Assembly: GCA_963729045.1 (NCBI GenBank)
Contig: CAVSMN010000018.1
Span: forward strand, 78,964 to 142,963
Source of the DNA: an uncultured Nitrososphaeraceae archaeon
GTDB lineage: Archaea; Thermoproteota; Nitrososphaeria; Nitrososphaerales; Nitrososphaeraceae
Direction of reading: 5' to 3'
Length of the DNA stretch: 64,000 nucleotides
Each line of letters begins with the position of its first letter. Within the stretch, counting starts at the first letter, position 1. The notes below the pieces were generated by a model. The model saw only the letters and a program-made list of their open reading frames with translations. It searched no databases and was not told the origin of the DNA. Below are positions 1 through 11,687 of the stretch, in pieces. The translations under genes were made by a program, and so were the position numbers.

Positions 1-366
1 TTTTTAGTGTATAAATACTCATAATATTGCTTAAATCGATGTTTACCTGATTAGAAGTATCATTTACTTGCTTATTTTCATTAGTGAGTTGAGAAACATC
101 CTTAGAATTTGTCGTAGATAAAGATGATAACCTATTAGATGATCTTTCCTCGATTTTGATAATCAGAGATCTTGAATCCGTCAAAATTAACTCCAATTTT
201 CATTGTTTATCTAAACCTTATTTTCATTAACTATAAATATTTTTAGCTTTAAACCAGGTTATCGATTACTAGACCAACTAGAGTCTAGGAGTCAAATTGA
301 TACTTTTTACTGATATCAATGTATAATGATTACGATTAATGTCTAGTTGATCACATATTGATAGTA

Positions 367-412
367 GTTCTCATTCGTGGGGATCATGTTTCCTGCGGTA
401 TTAGGATTATAA
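367..412 (+). repeat. Dispersed ~45-bp intergenic repeat, arm type A
   Basis: gttctcattcgtggggatcatgtttcctgcggtattaggattataa aligns by eye to the consensus. Confidence 0.75.
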
Positions 413-599
413 TGCAAATATGGACATTTGATTTCAAAAAGAATTCGACAGGCTAGATAAGCTAGAAAAAAGTTACATCCTTACCTATTATTGCAATTGC
501 AATTCTAGTTTATCTTGCAGAGATATCTACTACACACTTATTGGAGGAAAGAGTCAATCTATTACATAAGAACGACCCCATATATCAGCATTACAATAA

Positions 600-1685
600 T
601 TATGTGGTCACCTTATCATTAGAAACTGGAGACCGACCTTTGCGAACCGTGTAGTAAATCGCTCCAAATCCTATACTAGTCACGATCACTTGGGCTATTT
701 GACCAAAGTAGGGAATAGGAACTATGTACAAAAGATTGAGTATGACAAATCCGATTAAAAAAGAAGAAATATTGTTGATATCTCCTGATGACGGCTTTCG
801 CCCCAATAACTCGAGGATTTTTTTTCCTATAGCAAACGATACCATTAAAGATGAGAAGATTAATCCAATGAGAAGAACCAATAAACCAAAAACTGAGACT
901 GGTATACCTACCACAGTGATTGCCGATAGTACTATTACAACTACGAACAATATGATTAATAGAAATCCCACCACCGTGTTTTTTATTATGGATTTTTTCA
1001 TAACCAACCGAACTGAATCAAACTGATTCGGTAGTAACTTGACAAGTATGATACCTAAAATACCAAATCCTATTACAAACAAAATACCAAAAAGATTAAG
1101 CCATCCTTCTATATCCGGCATCATTGAGTCTGGGCTCCTTACCTCTAGGTCTCCGATAGTGCCATTGTTTTGGAAATTGTCAGTCATAGCTACCAGTTGT
1201 CCTGATATATTACCCTCATTGGTGATAGTTCCGCCTGCAACATACGCGTCCTTAGTTACCACAGAAGTTGGATCGAAATGTATGTTGTTAGCTGCTAATA
1301 TTGCATTTGTTGATTTTCCCCCTAAATCTATCATACTTCCAGCAGCTACAATTTTTCCTGAAACATCTGCATTCACCGTTACTTGTCGCCCTGCAGCAAG
1401 AAGGTCACCCTCTATCGGTGCATTGACATGAATAATATTCGCAAATATTATCGCTCCTTTGACAGGGGCGTCAATATTTACCGTTTCTCCAAAGATTACC
1501 ACCTCATCTTGTATAGGTTCTTGTATTGAAATCTGATTTCCCGAAATAACTTGCAAAGCAAAGGCGGTATCTGGCATAACTAGTGGTACTAAAACTAGAG
1601 CTGTTATACAGAAGATGAAGAAATATTTTATTCTAGCAGAAACGCTATTTCGCAACATTTTATTAGATAACCAATACCTAGTCAA
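600..1685 (-). CDS. Membrane protein with N-terminal bactofilin/polymer-forming-like beta-helix repeats
   Basis: Signal/TM segment, repeated G-x-x-V-x-I-x-A-x-V-x-G motifs, several C-terminal TM helices; true start may be the downstream Met. Confidence 0.7.
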   Translation of the reverse strand: MTRYWLSNKMLRNSVSARIKYFFIFCITALVLVPLVMPDTAFALQVISGNQISIQEPIQDEVVIFGETVNIDAPVKGAIIFANIIHVNAPIEGDLLAAGRQVTVNADVSGKIVAAGSMIDLGGKSTNAILAANNIHFDPTSVVTKDAYVAGGTITNEGNISGQLVAMTDNFQNNGTIGDLEVRSPDSMMPDIEGWLNLFGILFVIGFGILGIILVKLLPNQFDSVRLVMKKSIIKNTVVGFLLIILFVVVIVLSAITVVGIPVSVFGLLVLLIGLIFSSLMVSFAIGKKILELLGRKPSSGDINNISSFLIGFVILNLLYIVPIPYFGQIAQVIVTSIGFGAIYYTVRKGRSPVSNDKVTT

Positions 1686-1899
1686 ATTTAAATTTATAGG
1701 GCAAACATTTTATCTATTACCATCATCCTTTACATTTATTAATACTTTAATTTAAGCAAAAATATGACTTTACCCATTTAATCGATATTTGAGAATATTT
1801 ATGGATGCATAAACAAACAACCTCAAGTCAAATAAGAGAATAAAGTCGTTGAACAGCACTATGGACAGAGAATAAAACTTATAGTCAGAATAATTTTGT

Positions 1900-2020
1900 A
1901 ATAGAAGAAGGCCTCTATTACAATATCCACAGTCTCTGGGCATTGTTGCATAACCCCATTACCTTCGCCTTGTGTCTATATCAACCACGCACCGGTTGTT
2001 TTTTCTGTTATTTTAATGAA
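1900..2020 (-). pseudogene. C-terminal remnant of an alpha/beta hydrolase
   Basis: Manual translation IKITEKTTGAWLI*TQGEGNGVMQQCPE resembles the hydrolase C-terminal pattern IAEKIPGAWLV...GGHGxMxQxP; contains a stop. Confidence 0.45.
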
Positions 2021-2072
2021 TTAATCGGTAGAGATAAGATATAATATCTTCGAGTCCAGTCATGACCAAAGA

Positions 2073-2116
2073 GCTGCTCTGCGGGGGATTAAGTTCCTAG
2101 TGGCACTAGGTTCGAA
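2073..2116 (+). repeat. Dispersed repeat, arm type A
   Basis: gctctgcgggggattaagttcctagtggcactaggttcgaa; perfect CCTAGTG-G-CACTAGG dyad. Confidence 0.85.
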
Positions 2117-2292
2117 TAAAGATGGATTGTACATACTCGCCCTAATCATGCTAAATCTTTTTTAATTAGGTTTTGTCATTTGGTCTAAAGATTTGCGATT
2201 ATGTTGTGAATTTCAAACTACCATTTCCATCTCTGAGCATGATACAGAACTGAAATTTATAATACCGTCATGATAATATAAAATGACTTTAG

Positions 2293-4257
2293 CTGAATAA
2301 CCTTCCACAACCCCTTACGAAATCTAATCTAGTAGAGAATTTCCCATTTTCAACACAGCGAGAAAATCAGAAAAGGGTATTAGAGGACATACGTACTGCC
2401 TTTAATTCTGGTTACAGATATGTGTTATTAGAAGCTCCGACCGGATTTGGAAAAAGTGCAGTAGCCATAGCACTTGCTTTGAGCTTAGGTTCAAGCTATA
2501 TCTGTACATCTACCAAAGACTTACAAACCCAATATTCCAATGATTTTCCATATATTAAGGCAGCTAAGGGAAAAAATAACTTCCCTTGTTTACTTAAACA
2601 AGACTTTGTAGACAATGGAACCTATCAATGTGGAATATGTGCTTCATCTAATCCAAATGAATGTTATCACACAACTGTTGAATATGGACATTGTATGACT
2701 AATGAATCCTTTAAAGAGGATGGCTGCAAGTACAGGACGTTTGCGAAAGACTATAAGACAATTAATGAAAGAACAAAAGATGAAAAAATATACATTGACA
2801 GTGATACTAAACGAAAATATCAAAAACAATTTTCTGAATGGTTACCTATAAGCAAACTAAAGATACGAAGAGAGTGGAAACCTTGTGAATACTTTAATCA
2901 ACTAAATATCGCATTGGCATCCAGTCATTCTATATTCAATTATTCTATTTTTCTTGCATTCTTACCATATAATAAACGCCTCTCTGAAAGGGAACTTTTG
3001 GTATTGGATGAGGGACATCTTTTAGAAACAGAAATTGTAAAGTTTAGGGGATTATCAATATCTAAAAAGAGATGGAAACGGTATGTGGGTAATTTTGATA
3101 TAGTTGATTATGGTTATGACAGTATTGAAAGATGGATTGATTTTTTAATAGATCTTGAAACCAAAATGTTATCTGCAATTGGCAATGATTCTTTGGCATC
3201 CGTACTGGATATGGAGAGAAATGTTAAATTTGAATACTATAATTCAAGAAAGTTATTATCAGAAAACCGAGATTACAAAAAGAGAATAGTTTCTGCAACT
3301 GAATTGTTTGAAAGTGATGAAGAAATAGCAAAGAAATATGCTAATGTTGAAATTGCATCAAAAGATAATACAAAAACTCTTGGCGATGAGCTTACTGTTG
3401 ATGCTATTAAAGACACAGAAAGGTTGACAAGAACAATAAACAGCATACTTGCAAACCCAAAAAATTGGATAATTTCAGATATCAAAAAAGACAATTACAA
3501 AGTAGAGAAAGTGGAATTAAAACCCCTAGATATATCACCCTACTGTAAGGCTGTCTTTGAAAAGGGATCCAAAACGCTGATAATGAGTGCGACTATCCTA
3601 AATAACAAGGCATTTTGTAAAAGTATTGGTTTAGATTCTGATGAAGTAAAATTTATTCAAGTTGAATCTGATTTTCCAATAGAGCATAGAGCAATTTATC
3701 CCCTAAATGTTGCATATCTTAATTACAGTAACTTACAATCTATTGATATTATGTCTAAAATTTCTAATGTCGTTGATAATTTAATGTCTACTCATAAAAA
3801 TGACAAGGGCATAATCCATACAACATCGTATGAGCAACTTAACTTTATCAAAGAAAATCTATCTAAGGAAAATGCAAGAAGGCTCCTAATTACTGATCCA
3901 GAAATACCAAGAGACGAAATTATATCTCAACATTCTTCCACTCCAAAACCAACGGTACCTATTTCACCCTCACTTCACACAGGACTTGATTTGAAGGATG
4001 ACCTGTCAAGATTTCAGATTATAACTAAAGTGCCATATCCAAACAAAAGTGATAGGTGGACTAATGCAAAGAGAGAGGTTGATGAAGAATGGTATTATTG
4101 GCAGACAGCATTGAGATTAATACAGGCATATGGAAGATCAGTTAGATCCAAAGATGATTGGGCAAGGACATATGTTTTGGACTCGGCTTTTAACTATTTT
4201 ATAAGAAAGAATAGAAACACACTACCCGGATGGTTTATTCAAGCAATCAAAGGTTAG
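2293..4257 (+). CDS. DinG/XPD-family (SF2) ATP-dependent DNA helicase
   Basis: Q-motif FPF..R..Q lies in frame upstream of the called start 2422; Walker A EAPTGFGKS, Cys cluster, DEGH, SAT, QAYGRSVR. Confidence 0.88.
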   Translation: MNNLPQPLTKSNLVENFPFSTQRENQKRVLEDIRTAFNSGYRYVLLEAPTGFGKSAVAIALALSLGSSYICTSTKDLQTQYSNDFPYIKAAKGKNNFPCLLKQDFVDNGTYQCGICASSNPNECYHTTVEYGHCMTNESFKEDGCKYRTFAKDYKTINERTKDEKIYIDSDTKRKYQKQFSEWLPISKLKIRREWKPCEYFNQLNIALASSHSIFNYSIFLAFLPYNKRLSERELLVLDEGHLLETEIVKFRGLSISKKRWKRYVGNFDIVDYGYDSIERWIDFLIDLETKMLSAIGNDSLASVLDMERNVKFEYYNSRKLLSENRDYKKRIVSATELFESDEEIAKKYANVEIASKDNTKTLGDELTVDAIKDTERLTRTINSILANPKNWIISDIKKDNYKVEKVELKPLDISPYCKAVFEKGSKTLIMSATILNNKAFCKSIGLDSDEVKFIQVESDFPIEHRAIYPLNVAYLNYSNLQSIDIMSKISNVVDNLMSTHKNDKGIIHTTSYEQLNFIKENLSKENARRLLITDPEIPRDEIISQHSSTPKPTVPISPSLHTGLDLKDDLSRFQIITKVPYPNKSDRWTNAKREVDEEWYYWQTALRLIQAYGRSVRSKDDWARTYVLDSAFNYFIRKNRNTLPGWFIQAIKG

Positions 4258-4478
4258 CGGGTAGAAAATTTTGCTTATCATTTTATCATATTTACACATC
4301 TGAATTCCTTGTCATATTGATCTCATTATTTATCTATATTCTATCAACTATTGGTATCTAAAATATACATATACTATAATATAATAACAATTAAGATTCA
4401 TCATGATAAATGTAGATGATAAACAAGATCAATTAAGTAATAGTGAACCAGAAAAGATCTTAATATGAAATAAAAAAA

Positions 4479-5756
4479 TTAAGGATTATTCATTAGTATT
4501 TGATCAAACCAATCAAATATCCTTTGATTAGTAATTGCAGGAGCCCCAGATTGACAATGTTCCTCAGCGCCTTCTTCTTCAGTAAAAAGTATATATTCTT
4601 TGGATGAAGATGGAACAGAAACTAGCCCATCGTAAACCTTTTTAGGTTGACCTGGAAATGAGTCATCCTTTTCAGCATCTAACACGAGGGTGGGTGTTTT
4701 AATATCTTTTATAATATCTTTGATTGAATACGCTTTTGCTCCAGTAATTAGTTTGTAGGGTGAATTGTTTCCGGTAGTATGCATCCCATGTTTCATATTG
4801 AATTTTATGTTTGCATCTGTTTCTATCAAACGATTTAGGTATGAATTTACAAACTCTGAGTCACCTTTTTCAACTGCATCTGATAATTCTGATGGGAATC
4901 CAGATTTTATAGAATCATATCCGTCATAAACGCCATTATAAAGAACACATGCAGATATACGAGGTTCAAATGCAATGGTCCTTGCAGCCAAATACCCACC
5001 CATACTTATGCCCATTAGAGCTATTTTTTTTGGGTCTATATTATATTCACTCTTTCTTGATAATGCAAAATCTAGTACAGGAGTCACAACTTTTTCCCAA
5101 TCATGTCTAAAAGGAATTTTCTGTTTACGAATTACTTCTCCCTGGCCTGGTCCCTCAAATATCAAACAATTATATCCTCTTTCTATTGCTGGTGCAGCTG
5201 CAAGAGAATATAGCTCTTCCAATGTGGAATCAAAACCGCCATGAGCTATTAATGTTGGATAGAGAGTGCCTTCATTATTGTCAAGATTTTTTCTACTATT
5301 TGTTAGATCATCAATTAATACTTGATTTGACTTTGGTACGTGAAAAAAGTAACCTGGTAGAGTGGTTCCTTCATATGGAATTTCCACTTGTTCCACAGGA
5401 AATGGAAATAACGCCGTAGCTTTCTTAAAGCATTTTTTACTTGATTCTATAGTATTTTGAATTCTTGGATCATCAGGCTCGACCAACAAGAATGCAGATA
5501 CACGATAGTAATTTGATGCTCGTAGATAAGCATCTCGTGCACTCACTTTATGATGTTTATTAATACAATCTTCCGCATAAGTATGGATCCTTTTTGCTGT
5601 CTTTAGCCATTCTTCATACCAACTATCAAAATTACCTTCCTTAATCCGATATGCTGTTGACAGACATTCTCCAATATCAGCTCCTCTAGAATATGTTTCA
5701 CTAATTGCTCTCAGCAATTGTAAAGAAAATGTAGGATCTTCAAAAACTAGCTTCAT
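4479..5756 (-). CDS. Alpha/beta hydrolase (FrsA / dihydropseudooxynicotine hydrolase-like)
   Basis: GISMGG nucleophile elbow, GGFDS, EGPGQG, HCQ catalytic His region. Confidence 0.85.
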   Translation of the reverse strand: MKLVFEDPTFSLQLLRAISETYSRGADIGECLSTAYRIKEGNFDSWYEEWLKTAKRIHTYAEDCINKHHKVSARDAYLRASNYYRVSAFLLVEPDDPRIQNTIESSKKCFKKATALFPFPVEQVEIPYEGTTLPGYFFHVPKSNQVLIDDLTNSRKNLDNNEGTLYPTLIAHGGFDSTLEELYSLAAAPAIERGYNCLIFEGPGQGEVIRKQKIPFRHDWEKVVTPVLDFALSRKSEYNIDPKKIALMGISMGGYLAARTIAFEPRISACVLYNGVYDGYDSIKSGFPSELSDAVEKGDSEFVNSYLNRLIETDANIKFNMKHGMHTTGNNSPYKLITGAKAYSIKDIIKDIKTPTLVLDAEKDDSFPGQPKKVYDGLVSVPSSSKEYILFTEEEGAEEHCQSGAPAITNQRIFDWFDQILMNNP

Positions 5757-5883
5757 TTACTTATATCATATGAAGCCAATGAATTATTAGTATATAAATA
5801 AAATAATTTCAAGCTTTATCATATGTGAATTATTTTTCATATCTCCAAAGTCAAAAACCACCTCCTAATAGTCAAATTTATCG

Positions 5884-5921
5884 GAGTCCAGTTGCGGTTA
5901 GATCTCTAGGGTCGGGTTCTA
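5884..5921 (+). repeat. Degenerate copy of dispersed repeat
   Basis: gagtccagttgcggttagatctctagggtcgggttcta; ends match, middle diverged. Confidence 0.35.
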
Positions 5922-6015
5922 TCACAAGGAAAAAATCATGATCCTAGGATGATCATATTTAAGAGTCCAAAATTATGAGTGTCACTAAATACTTTCATGA
6001 TATACTTTATAATAT

Positions 6016-7846
6016 ATGAATGAATATGAGAATTTTAAAACGGCCGATATTGTGGCTGAGGCACTCATAGATTGGGGTGTAGATGTTGTATTTGGGTTAC
6101 CTGGTGATGGTATCAATGGTTTTATTGAAGCACTAAGACAAAGACAAGACAAAATAAAGTTTGTTTTGGTGAGACATGAAGAATCCGCAGCATTTATGGC
6201 TTGTGCTTATGCTAAATATACAAAAAAGTTAGGAGTTTGTGTTGCTACGTCCGGGCCAGGTGCCATACATCTTTTAAACGGATTGTATGATGCCAAACTT
6301 GATAGTACACCTGTCCTGGCTATTACAGGTACCACCTATTCTGATCTTATTGGCTCCAACTATCAACAAGATGTCAATCTTTTGCAGCTGTTTTCTGATG
6401 TGGCTACATATAACAACATGATAAACTCACCAGAACATGCTGAAATGGCAGTAGATATAGCATGCAGAAATGCTTTGGGCCGTAGAGGAGTGAGTCACTT
6501 GACCATTCCAATAGATGTCCAAGAACAAAAATTAAAAGGTAAATATTCCCCACATAAGGTAAAGGGCCATACCTCGGATATTTTTAACCATGACGTTATT
6601 CCAAGTCCGGAATTACTAAGAAAGGCTGCAAATATTCTCAACGAGGGAAAAAAGATAGTAATACTGGTCGGTCAAGGAGCTCTAGACGCTAGTGACGAGG
6701 TTGTTACCATTTGTGAAATGCTTAATGCCCCTGTAGTCAAAGCCCTTTTGGGAAAAGCCGTAATTTCCGATTACAGTCCCTACAATCTTGGAGGTATTGG
6801 CATGTTAGGAACGAGTCCCGCCAGTGACGCAATGAATGAAGCAGATACGATACTAATGATAGGAACATCCTTTCCATATATTGACTATCTTCCAAAACCC
6901 GGACAAGCAAGAGGAATTCAAATTGACATTCTACCTGAGAGAATCGGATTACGATATCCTGTGGATATAGGGTTGGTTGGAGACTCCAAACAAACACTGA
7001 ATTCTCTGATTCCGCTCCTAAACAAAAGATATAAAGAAGATAACGAATTTTTAACATCAAAACAAAAAGAAATGAAAAAATGGGCAAGTTTGTTAAAAGA
7101 ACAAGGCAGTCGGTACTGACAAGCCCATTAAACCTCAAGTCATAGCTACTGCTGTTTCCAATGAATTAGATGATGATGCCATTATCTCCGTAGATAGCGG
7201 AACCAATACTATTTGGGCCGCCCGGTATATTTTTGTTCATGATAAAATGAAATTTTCGCTCTCGGGTACTCTTGCAACAATGGGATGTGGTTTGCCATAT
7301 GCAATAGCAGCCAAAATTGCATTTCCAGATAGGCAATCGGTGGCTTTTGTCGGGGATGGAGGTTTCACCATGTTAATGGGGGAATTTGCAACAGCAGTTC
7401 AATATGATTTACCAATCAAGGTTGTGATAATAAAAAATAACACATTAGGAATGATACGGTGGGAACAAATGGCTTTTCTCGGAAACCCCGAATATGCTGT
7501 AGAATTTACTCCTATTAATTTTGCAAGTTTTGCTGATGAATGCGGTGGAAAAGGCTATACTATTACAGAACCAGGAGATGTAGGACTAATCATTCACCAA
7601 GCAATGAAGGAAAAAAAACCCACAATTATTGAAGCGTATGTAGATCCATTTGATCCTCCAATGCCTCCAAAAGTGGAACCGGAGTTTGTAAAGAACATTG
7701 CGGAATCATTTGCAAGGGGACAACCATATGCCTCCAGGATAGGCTTAACACTCTATAGAAATCAGATCCATGAAAGATTACGAGGTCTCCATCATCATAA
7801 TTCATTAAAAGATCATGATCACAAGAGTTCTTATAATGAGACATGA
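6016..7846 (+). pseudogene. ThDP-dependent pyruvate oxidase/dehydrogenase (PoxB-like), +1 frameshift at ~7112
   Basis: FGLPGD, RHEESAAF, TSGPG, GDGGF..NN motifs; removing one G at 7112-7113 joins the two ORFs (may be a sequencing error). Confidence 0.85.
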
Positions 7847-7962
7847 CGAAAAAGGACTACAGGCCGCCGACAAAGAAACACGTAAGAGAGTATCAAGAGA
7901 AGACGATAAATCTTGATTAAATTTCCTGCCAATCTTTTATTTCGATACTATCAATAATATCA

Positions 7963-8007
7963 GTTCTAATCCGTGCGGATTAAGTTCCATGTGGTAGTAT
8001 GTTCTAG
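7963..8007 (+). repeat. Dispersed repeat, arm type A
   Basis: gttctaatccgtgcggattaagttccatgtggtagtatgttctag. Confidence 0.88.
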
Positions 8008-8238
8008 TACGACTTAATAGTAATCAATTTCAAAGTGGATTAGTTTACCATGTATATGAAATTCCCAGACCAAGTGCTCTGTTACAATATCCGTTTCATT
8101 AATGGTAAAAACATCTAGTATTTCTCCTGCTGGTATCTTAATTACTCCAAAGCCAATATATGGTAGAATGGGTTAAAATTCATATCCGGCATAAGAATCT
8201 TGTTGGAATAGATATTTGGGCATGATGATAGAAAGACC

Positions 8239-8625
8239 TTAAGGGGTAAATTTGACTTTTAATTCATTATTGTCGTTAATGACCTGATACGTTTGCATAT
8301 TGTTTGTCCTAACAAATGAGATCATTTCTCCAGCTTTTACGAAATAATCTTGTATATTTTCTGGTAAGGAACTCATATCCATTCCAGCCATTATGGGATC
8401 ACTTAGCTTTTGACCAGTAACGATATCGAAGGTGGCATAATGCAATGAGCAAGATATTATTTTCTTTTCACCATTAATTCGAATTTGGCCCTTAGACATA
8501 GGGGTATTCATATGTCCACAACGTTCTTCAATTGCATAGAACTGTCCATCAATATTTACAAGTGCTATCTCTTTTCCACCAATGTCTATGTGCTTCATTG
8601 ATTGAGGAGGAATTTCGTTTGCCAA
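8239..8625 (-). CDS. Rieske [2Fe-2S] ferredoxin
   Basis: CGH and CSLH ligand boxes; frame is open upstream to 8661. Confidence 0.85.
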   Translation of the reverse strand: MANEIPPQSMKHIDIGGKEIALVNIDGQFYAIEERCGHMNTPMSKGQIRINGEKKIISCSLHYATFDIVTGQKLSDPIMAGMDMSSLPENIQDYFVKAGEMISFVRTNNMQTYQVINDNNELKVKFTP

Positions 8626-9060
8626 TGCAACTTTGACTAAATCATTTTCAACGTTCGTGATCTAAGTAAACACAGATTTACATATAAAGTTATCGTATGT
8701 CCGATATATTACCATTTTCCGATTATTTACAATGAATTTCTAAATTGTATCTTAAAACAAGCTTGTCAAATATTTCTACATCCCATAACTTGCAAATTCC
8801 TTATTAAAATATTCTAAGCGTTCTAGATTGTTTTGTTGTCGATCTAGTGATTTCTTTGGTTTAATGTCATTATTTTTTTAGTTAATTCTATTTGTTTGAT
8901 AATTTAAAAAAATTTAGTTCCAAATCAGTAAGCGGATCTGGTTTGAGACTGTTAATACTTCTTTTACTACCACTATTTTCCAAGCCAGCAACAAGTATAA
9001 TAATAAAAATTAAGTGGGAGTTAATTGTGTTAGATAGCTTTGTTCCCTGGTTCGCAAACT

Positions 9061-9516
9061 AAAATTAAAAGTCTTTGGATCTTGGACAGTGTTTATACGG
9101 TAAAAATTAGTGGTGATGAAACCCAAGGGAGATATAGTGTATGAGAAATTGAAGTAGCTCTCCGTAATGGGTCTTCACCTCATAAACATTTAATGGAGGA
9201 TGAGGCATACTATGTTTTAGATGGAGATTTTTCATTTCTGTATGGCGATAAAGAGACAAGGGCTGGTAAGGGACAGTTCATATATGTTCAAAGATGGAAG
9301 TTTCACACTTACAAGAATATTGGTAGCTCTTCTGAAAAGTTGTTATTAATTATCACTCCACCACAATTTGAAAAATTCTTTGAAGAAATTGGAATACCAG
9401 TTAAAGACAAATTATCATTTCAAACTCCCCAGATAACGCCTGCCATTATTGAAAATGTTGTAAAAGCGGCAGCAAAGTATGGCGTTGAAATAAAAATACA
9501 GGCAATTGACCAATAA
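9061..9516 (+). pseudogene. Cupin-domain protein (quercetin dioxygenase-like) with in-frame TGA at 9142-9144
   Basis: KSLWILDSVYTVKISGDETQGRYSV*EIEV...PHKH..EDEAYYVLDG read in a single frame. Confidence 0.75.
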
Positions 9517-9929
9517 ACCTCTATGTATGATCTTGCTTTGAAATGACGTTTCAATCAGTCATTATTTTCCAAATTCCTACTCTTCCCCTTGGTGTTATTC
9601 TGCCTGTTTGATTTCTTCAATTCGTTTGGTTGATACTGAATTTTGTTCTATCATTGAGCATATTTACAATTCCATTCACGAGTCGATTGGTCAAATTCAA
9701 ATTGATACCCGTGGCTTCTGTAAGACCTTGACGTTTCTGTTGTAATGATATCCAAACAATTTAAGCTACCGTTTGATATGCTTTAGAATTTCATTAATCT
9801 GATCAAAACAAGATTTTGGGATCCATCTTATAATAGTAATATCACCAAATATTATCTACTACTTCTTTGAAGTGTTTTTATCATCTCCAGAGCCGTCACC
9901 TATGCCGGTGCCATAATCGACTACTTTAT

Positions 9930-11138
9930 CTAATTTTCTGCCAACTTGTTCTTAAATGATTTTTTCAACCAGATTGGAGTAATTATTGTAGTGGTAGCCA
10001 CCATAATAATTATTGATGTATAGATATCTGTAGAGAGTACTCCCGATGTTACCCCTACACCGGCCACAATCAATCCGACCTCACCACGAGATATCATCCC
10101 TATCCCCACTCTCATCGATCCTTGTTTATCCTTAAGAAATATCAGAGATGGTAACCCACATCCGACTAACTTTGTGGAAATTGCTATTGCTATGATTATT
10201 CCAGAAATTATCAAAACATCTATATTAACACCTCTTAGATCAACTTGAGCACCTATAATTGCAAAAAATAGAGGTGCAAAAATAAATTGTAATTTGTGAG
10301 CATATTCTTCAACTTGTTTGACTAACTTAGTGCTAGCTACGGCCATTCCTGCAGCAAATGCACCTACAATCGGAGATAGACCTACATAGGCGGCAAGACC
10401 TGCAATACCAAAGAAAATGGCTGTAGTAATTCCTTCTATACTACCTTTTGACCTCCACAATTTTTCTCTATGCAATATTCTTGGAATGAGAAAGATAGCA
10501 CCAATGAGTAACACTGCAAATAACCCAAGGATTTTAAGAATTATGAATGCGATATCCATTATTTGAGGTGTAGTGTTACCTGATTGAACCATAGTAACAA
10601 CAACTGATAATATGGCTATCGCAAGGATATCGTCGACTATTGCTGCTCCAAGTATAAGTCGAGCCTCTTTTGATTGCATCCTTCCTAATTCGGTTAATAC
10701 CTGAATAGAAATCGCTATACTTGTAGCTGTTAATGCCGTGGCTATGAGTAGTGTTTCAAATGAATCGAAGCCATATATTGAAAGAACTACAAATCCAACA
10801 GAGAATGGCACGATTACACCTAATGCGCCAACTGTAAATGATGCCATTCCACCTCTTAGAAACTCTCTTGGTGTAATCTCAAGTCCCGCAATAAACAAGA
10901 TTATGATGGCAGCTAATTCTCCGATATATTTGATGGTTTCATCAAGCACCACCAAAGGTTCACCTCCAAATAACGGGAGTCCACCCAAAGCATAGGGGCC
11001 AACAATTATGCCTGCTAATAATTCACCTAATACAACCGGTTGCTTTATCCGTTGGAATATTTCTGCAAATATTTTGGCAGAAAATAGAAGAATAGAAAGA
11101 GAAATGATAATATGAATAAAGACAGATTCAGATGCCAT
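9930..11138 (-). CDS. Cation:proton antiporter (CPA2/NapA-like)
   Basis: About 12 TM helices, TATS and AAIVDD motifs, GMISRGEV. Confidence 0.9.
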   Translation of the reverse strand: MASESVFIHIIISLSILLFSAKIFAEIFQRIKQPVVLGELLAGIIVGPYALGGLPLFGGEPLVVLDETIKYIGELAAIIILFIAGLEITPREFLRGGMASFTVGALGVIVPFSVGFVVLSIYGFDSFETLLIATALTATSIAISIQVLTELGRMQSKEARLILGAAIVDDILAIAILSVVVTMVQSGNTTPQIMDIAFIILKILGLFAVLLIGAIFLIPRILHREKLWRSKGSIEGITTAIFFGIAGLAAYVGLSPIVGAFAAGMAVASTKLVKQVEEYAHKLQFIFAPLFFAIIGAQVDLRGVNIDVLIISGIIIAIAISTKLVGCGLPSLIFLKDKQGSMRVGIGMISRGEVGLIVAGVGVTSGVLSTDIYTSIIIMVATTTIITPIWLKKSFKNKLAEN

Positions 11139-11249
11139 CGACTACAAATATCCTAGAATATTTTCATTATAATAATATAACAGTAAAGTAGATTGCTTTT
11201 CTTAATTGTACCCAACGAACTAATTCTACATACACGATGCTTAACAATC

Positions 11250-11687
11250 TTAGAACAAATTTTTTGGTATATCATCCAAATCGTAGTAGTAACCTAATAT
11301 GTTATCAACCGTGTGTTCTAGCTGAGTATTACTGTTTATTAGAACGAATATAGTTTTCTCAAATTCATAGATTTTTAGTATTCGTAAATTTTCATATTCT
11401 AAAACTACCCATTTTAATCTTCCAAGAATATTGTTATTTACTACTGCTGCATGTGGTATTTTTTCTGTTTGAGGTGTTTTATCATCTCTGACGTGGTTAA
11501 GGTTCAGCCCTAAAGCTGGGACTATTGCAGAATCAACATAGTTTTTATCAATGCGGGAATTCTCGGCAATATACAATTCTTTCATTTGAGAAGATACCAT
11601 AATAAAAACAGCCAAAATGTCATCGTCAACTTCTACTAGATGCCTTATTTTATCGTAGTTTTTATTTTCCACATCATATTCTTTCAC
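11250..11687 (-). CDS. Hypothetical protein
   Basis: 145-aa ORF co-oriented with the antiporter, TATA-like element upstream. Confidence 0.55.
   Translation of the reverse strand: MKEYDVENKNYDKIRHLVEVDDDILAVFIMVSSQMKELYIAENSRIDKNYVDSAIVPALGLNLNHVRDDKTPQTEKIPHAAVVNNNILGRLKWVVLEYENLRILKIYEFEKTIFVLINSNTQLEHTVDNILGYYYDLDDIPKNLF

Noticed and set aside
130..203. Short minus-strand ORF MKIGVNFDGFKISDYQNRGKII
   Set aside because: May be a glycoside-hydrolase-like N-terminal remnant, but too short and at the window edge
724..1431. Antisense/overlapping ORFs in the track (e.g. 724, 1039, 6737, 22023, 25075, 28044)
   Set aside because: Shadows of well-supported genes on the opposite strand
9142..9144. 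Selenocysteine/pyrrolysine recoding of in-frame TGA (and TAG at 56158)
   Set aside because: Positions are not catalytic Cys/Pyl contexts; no recoding signals seen; simple nonsense mutations are more likely
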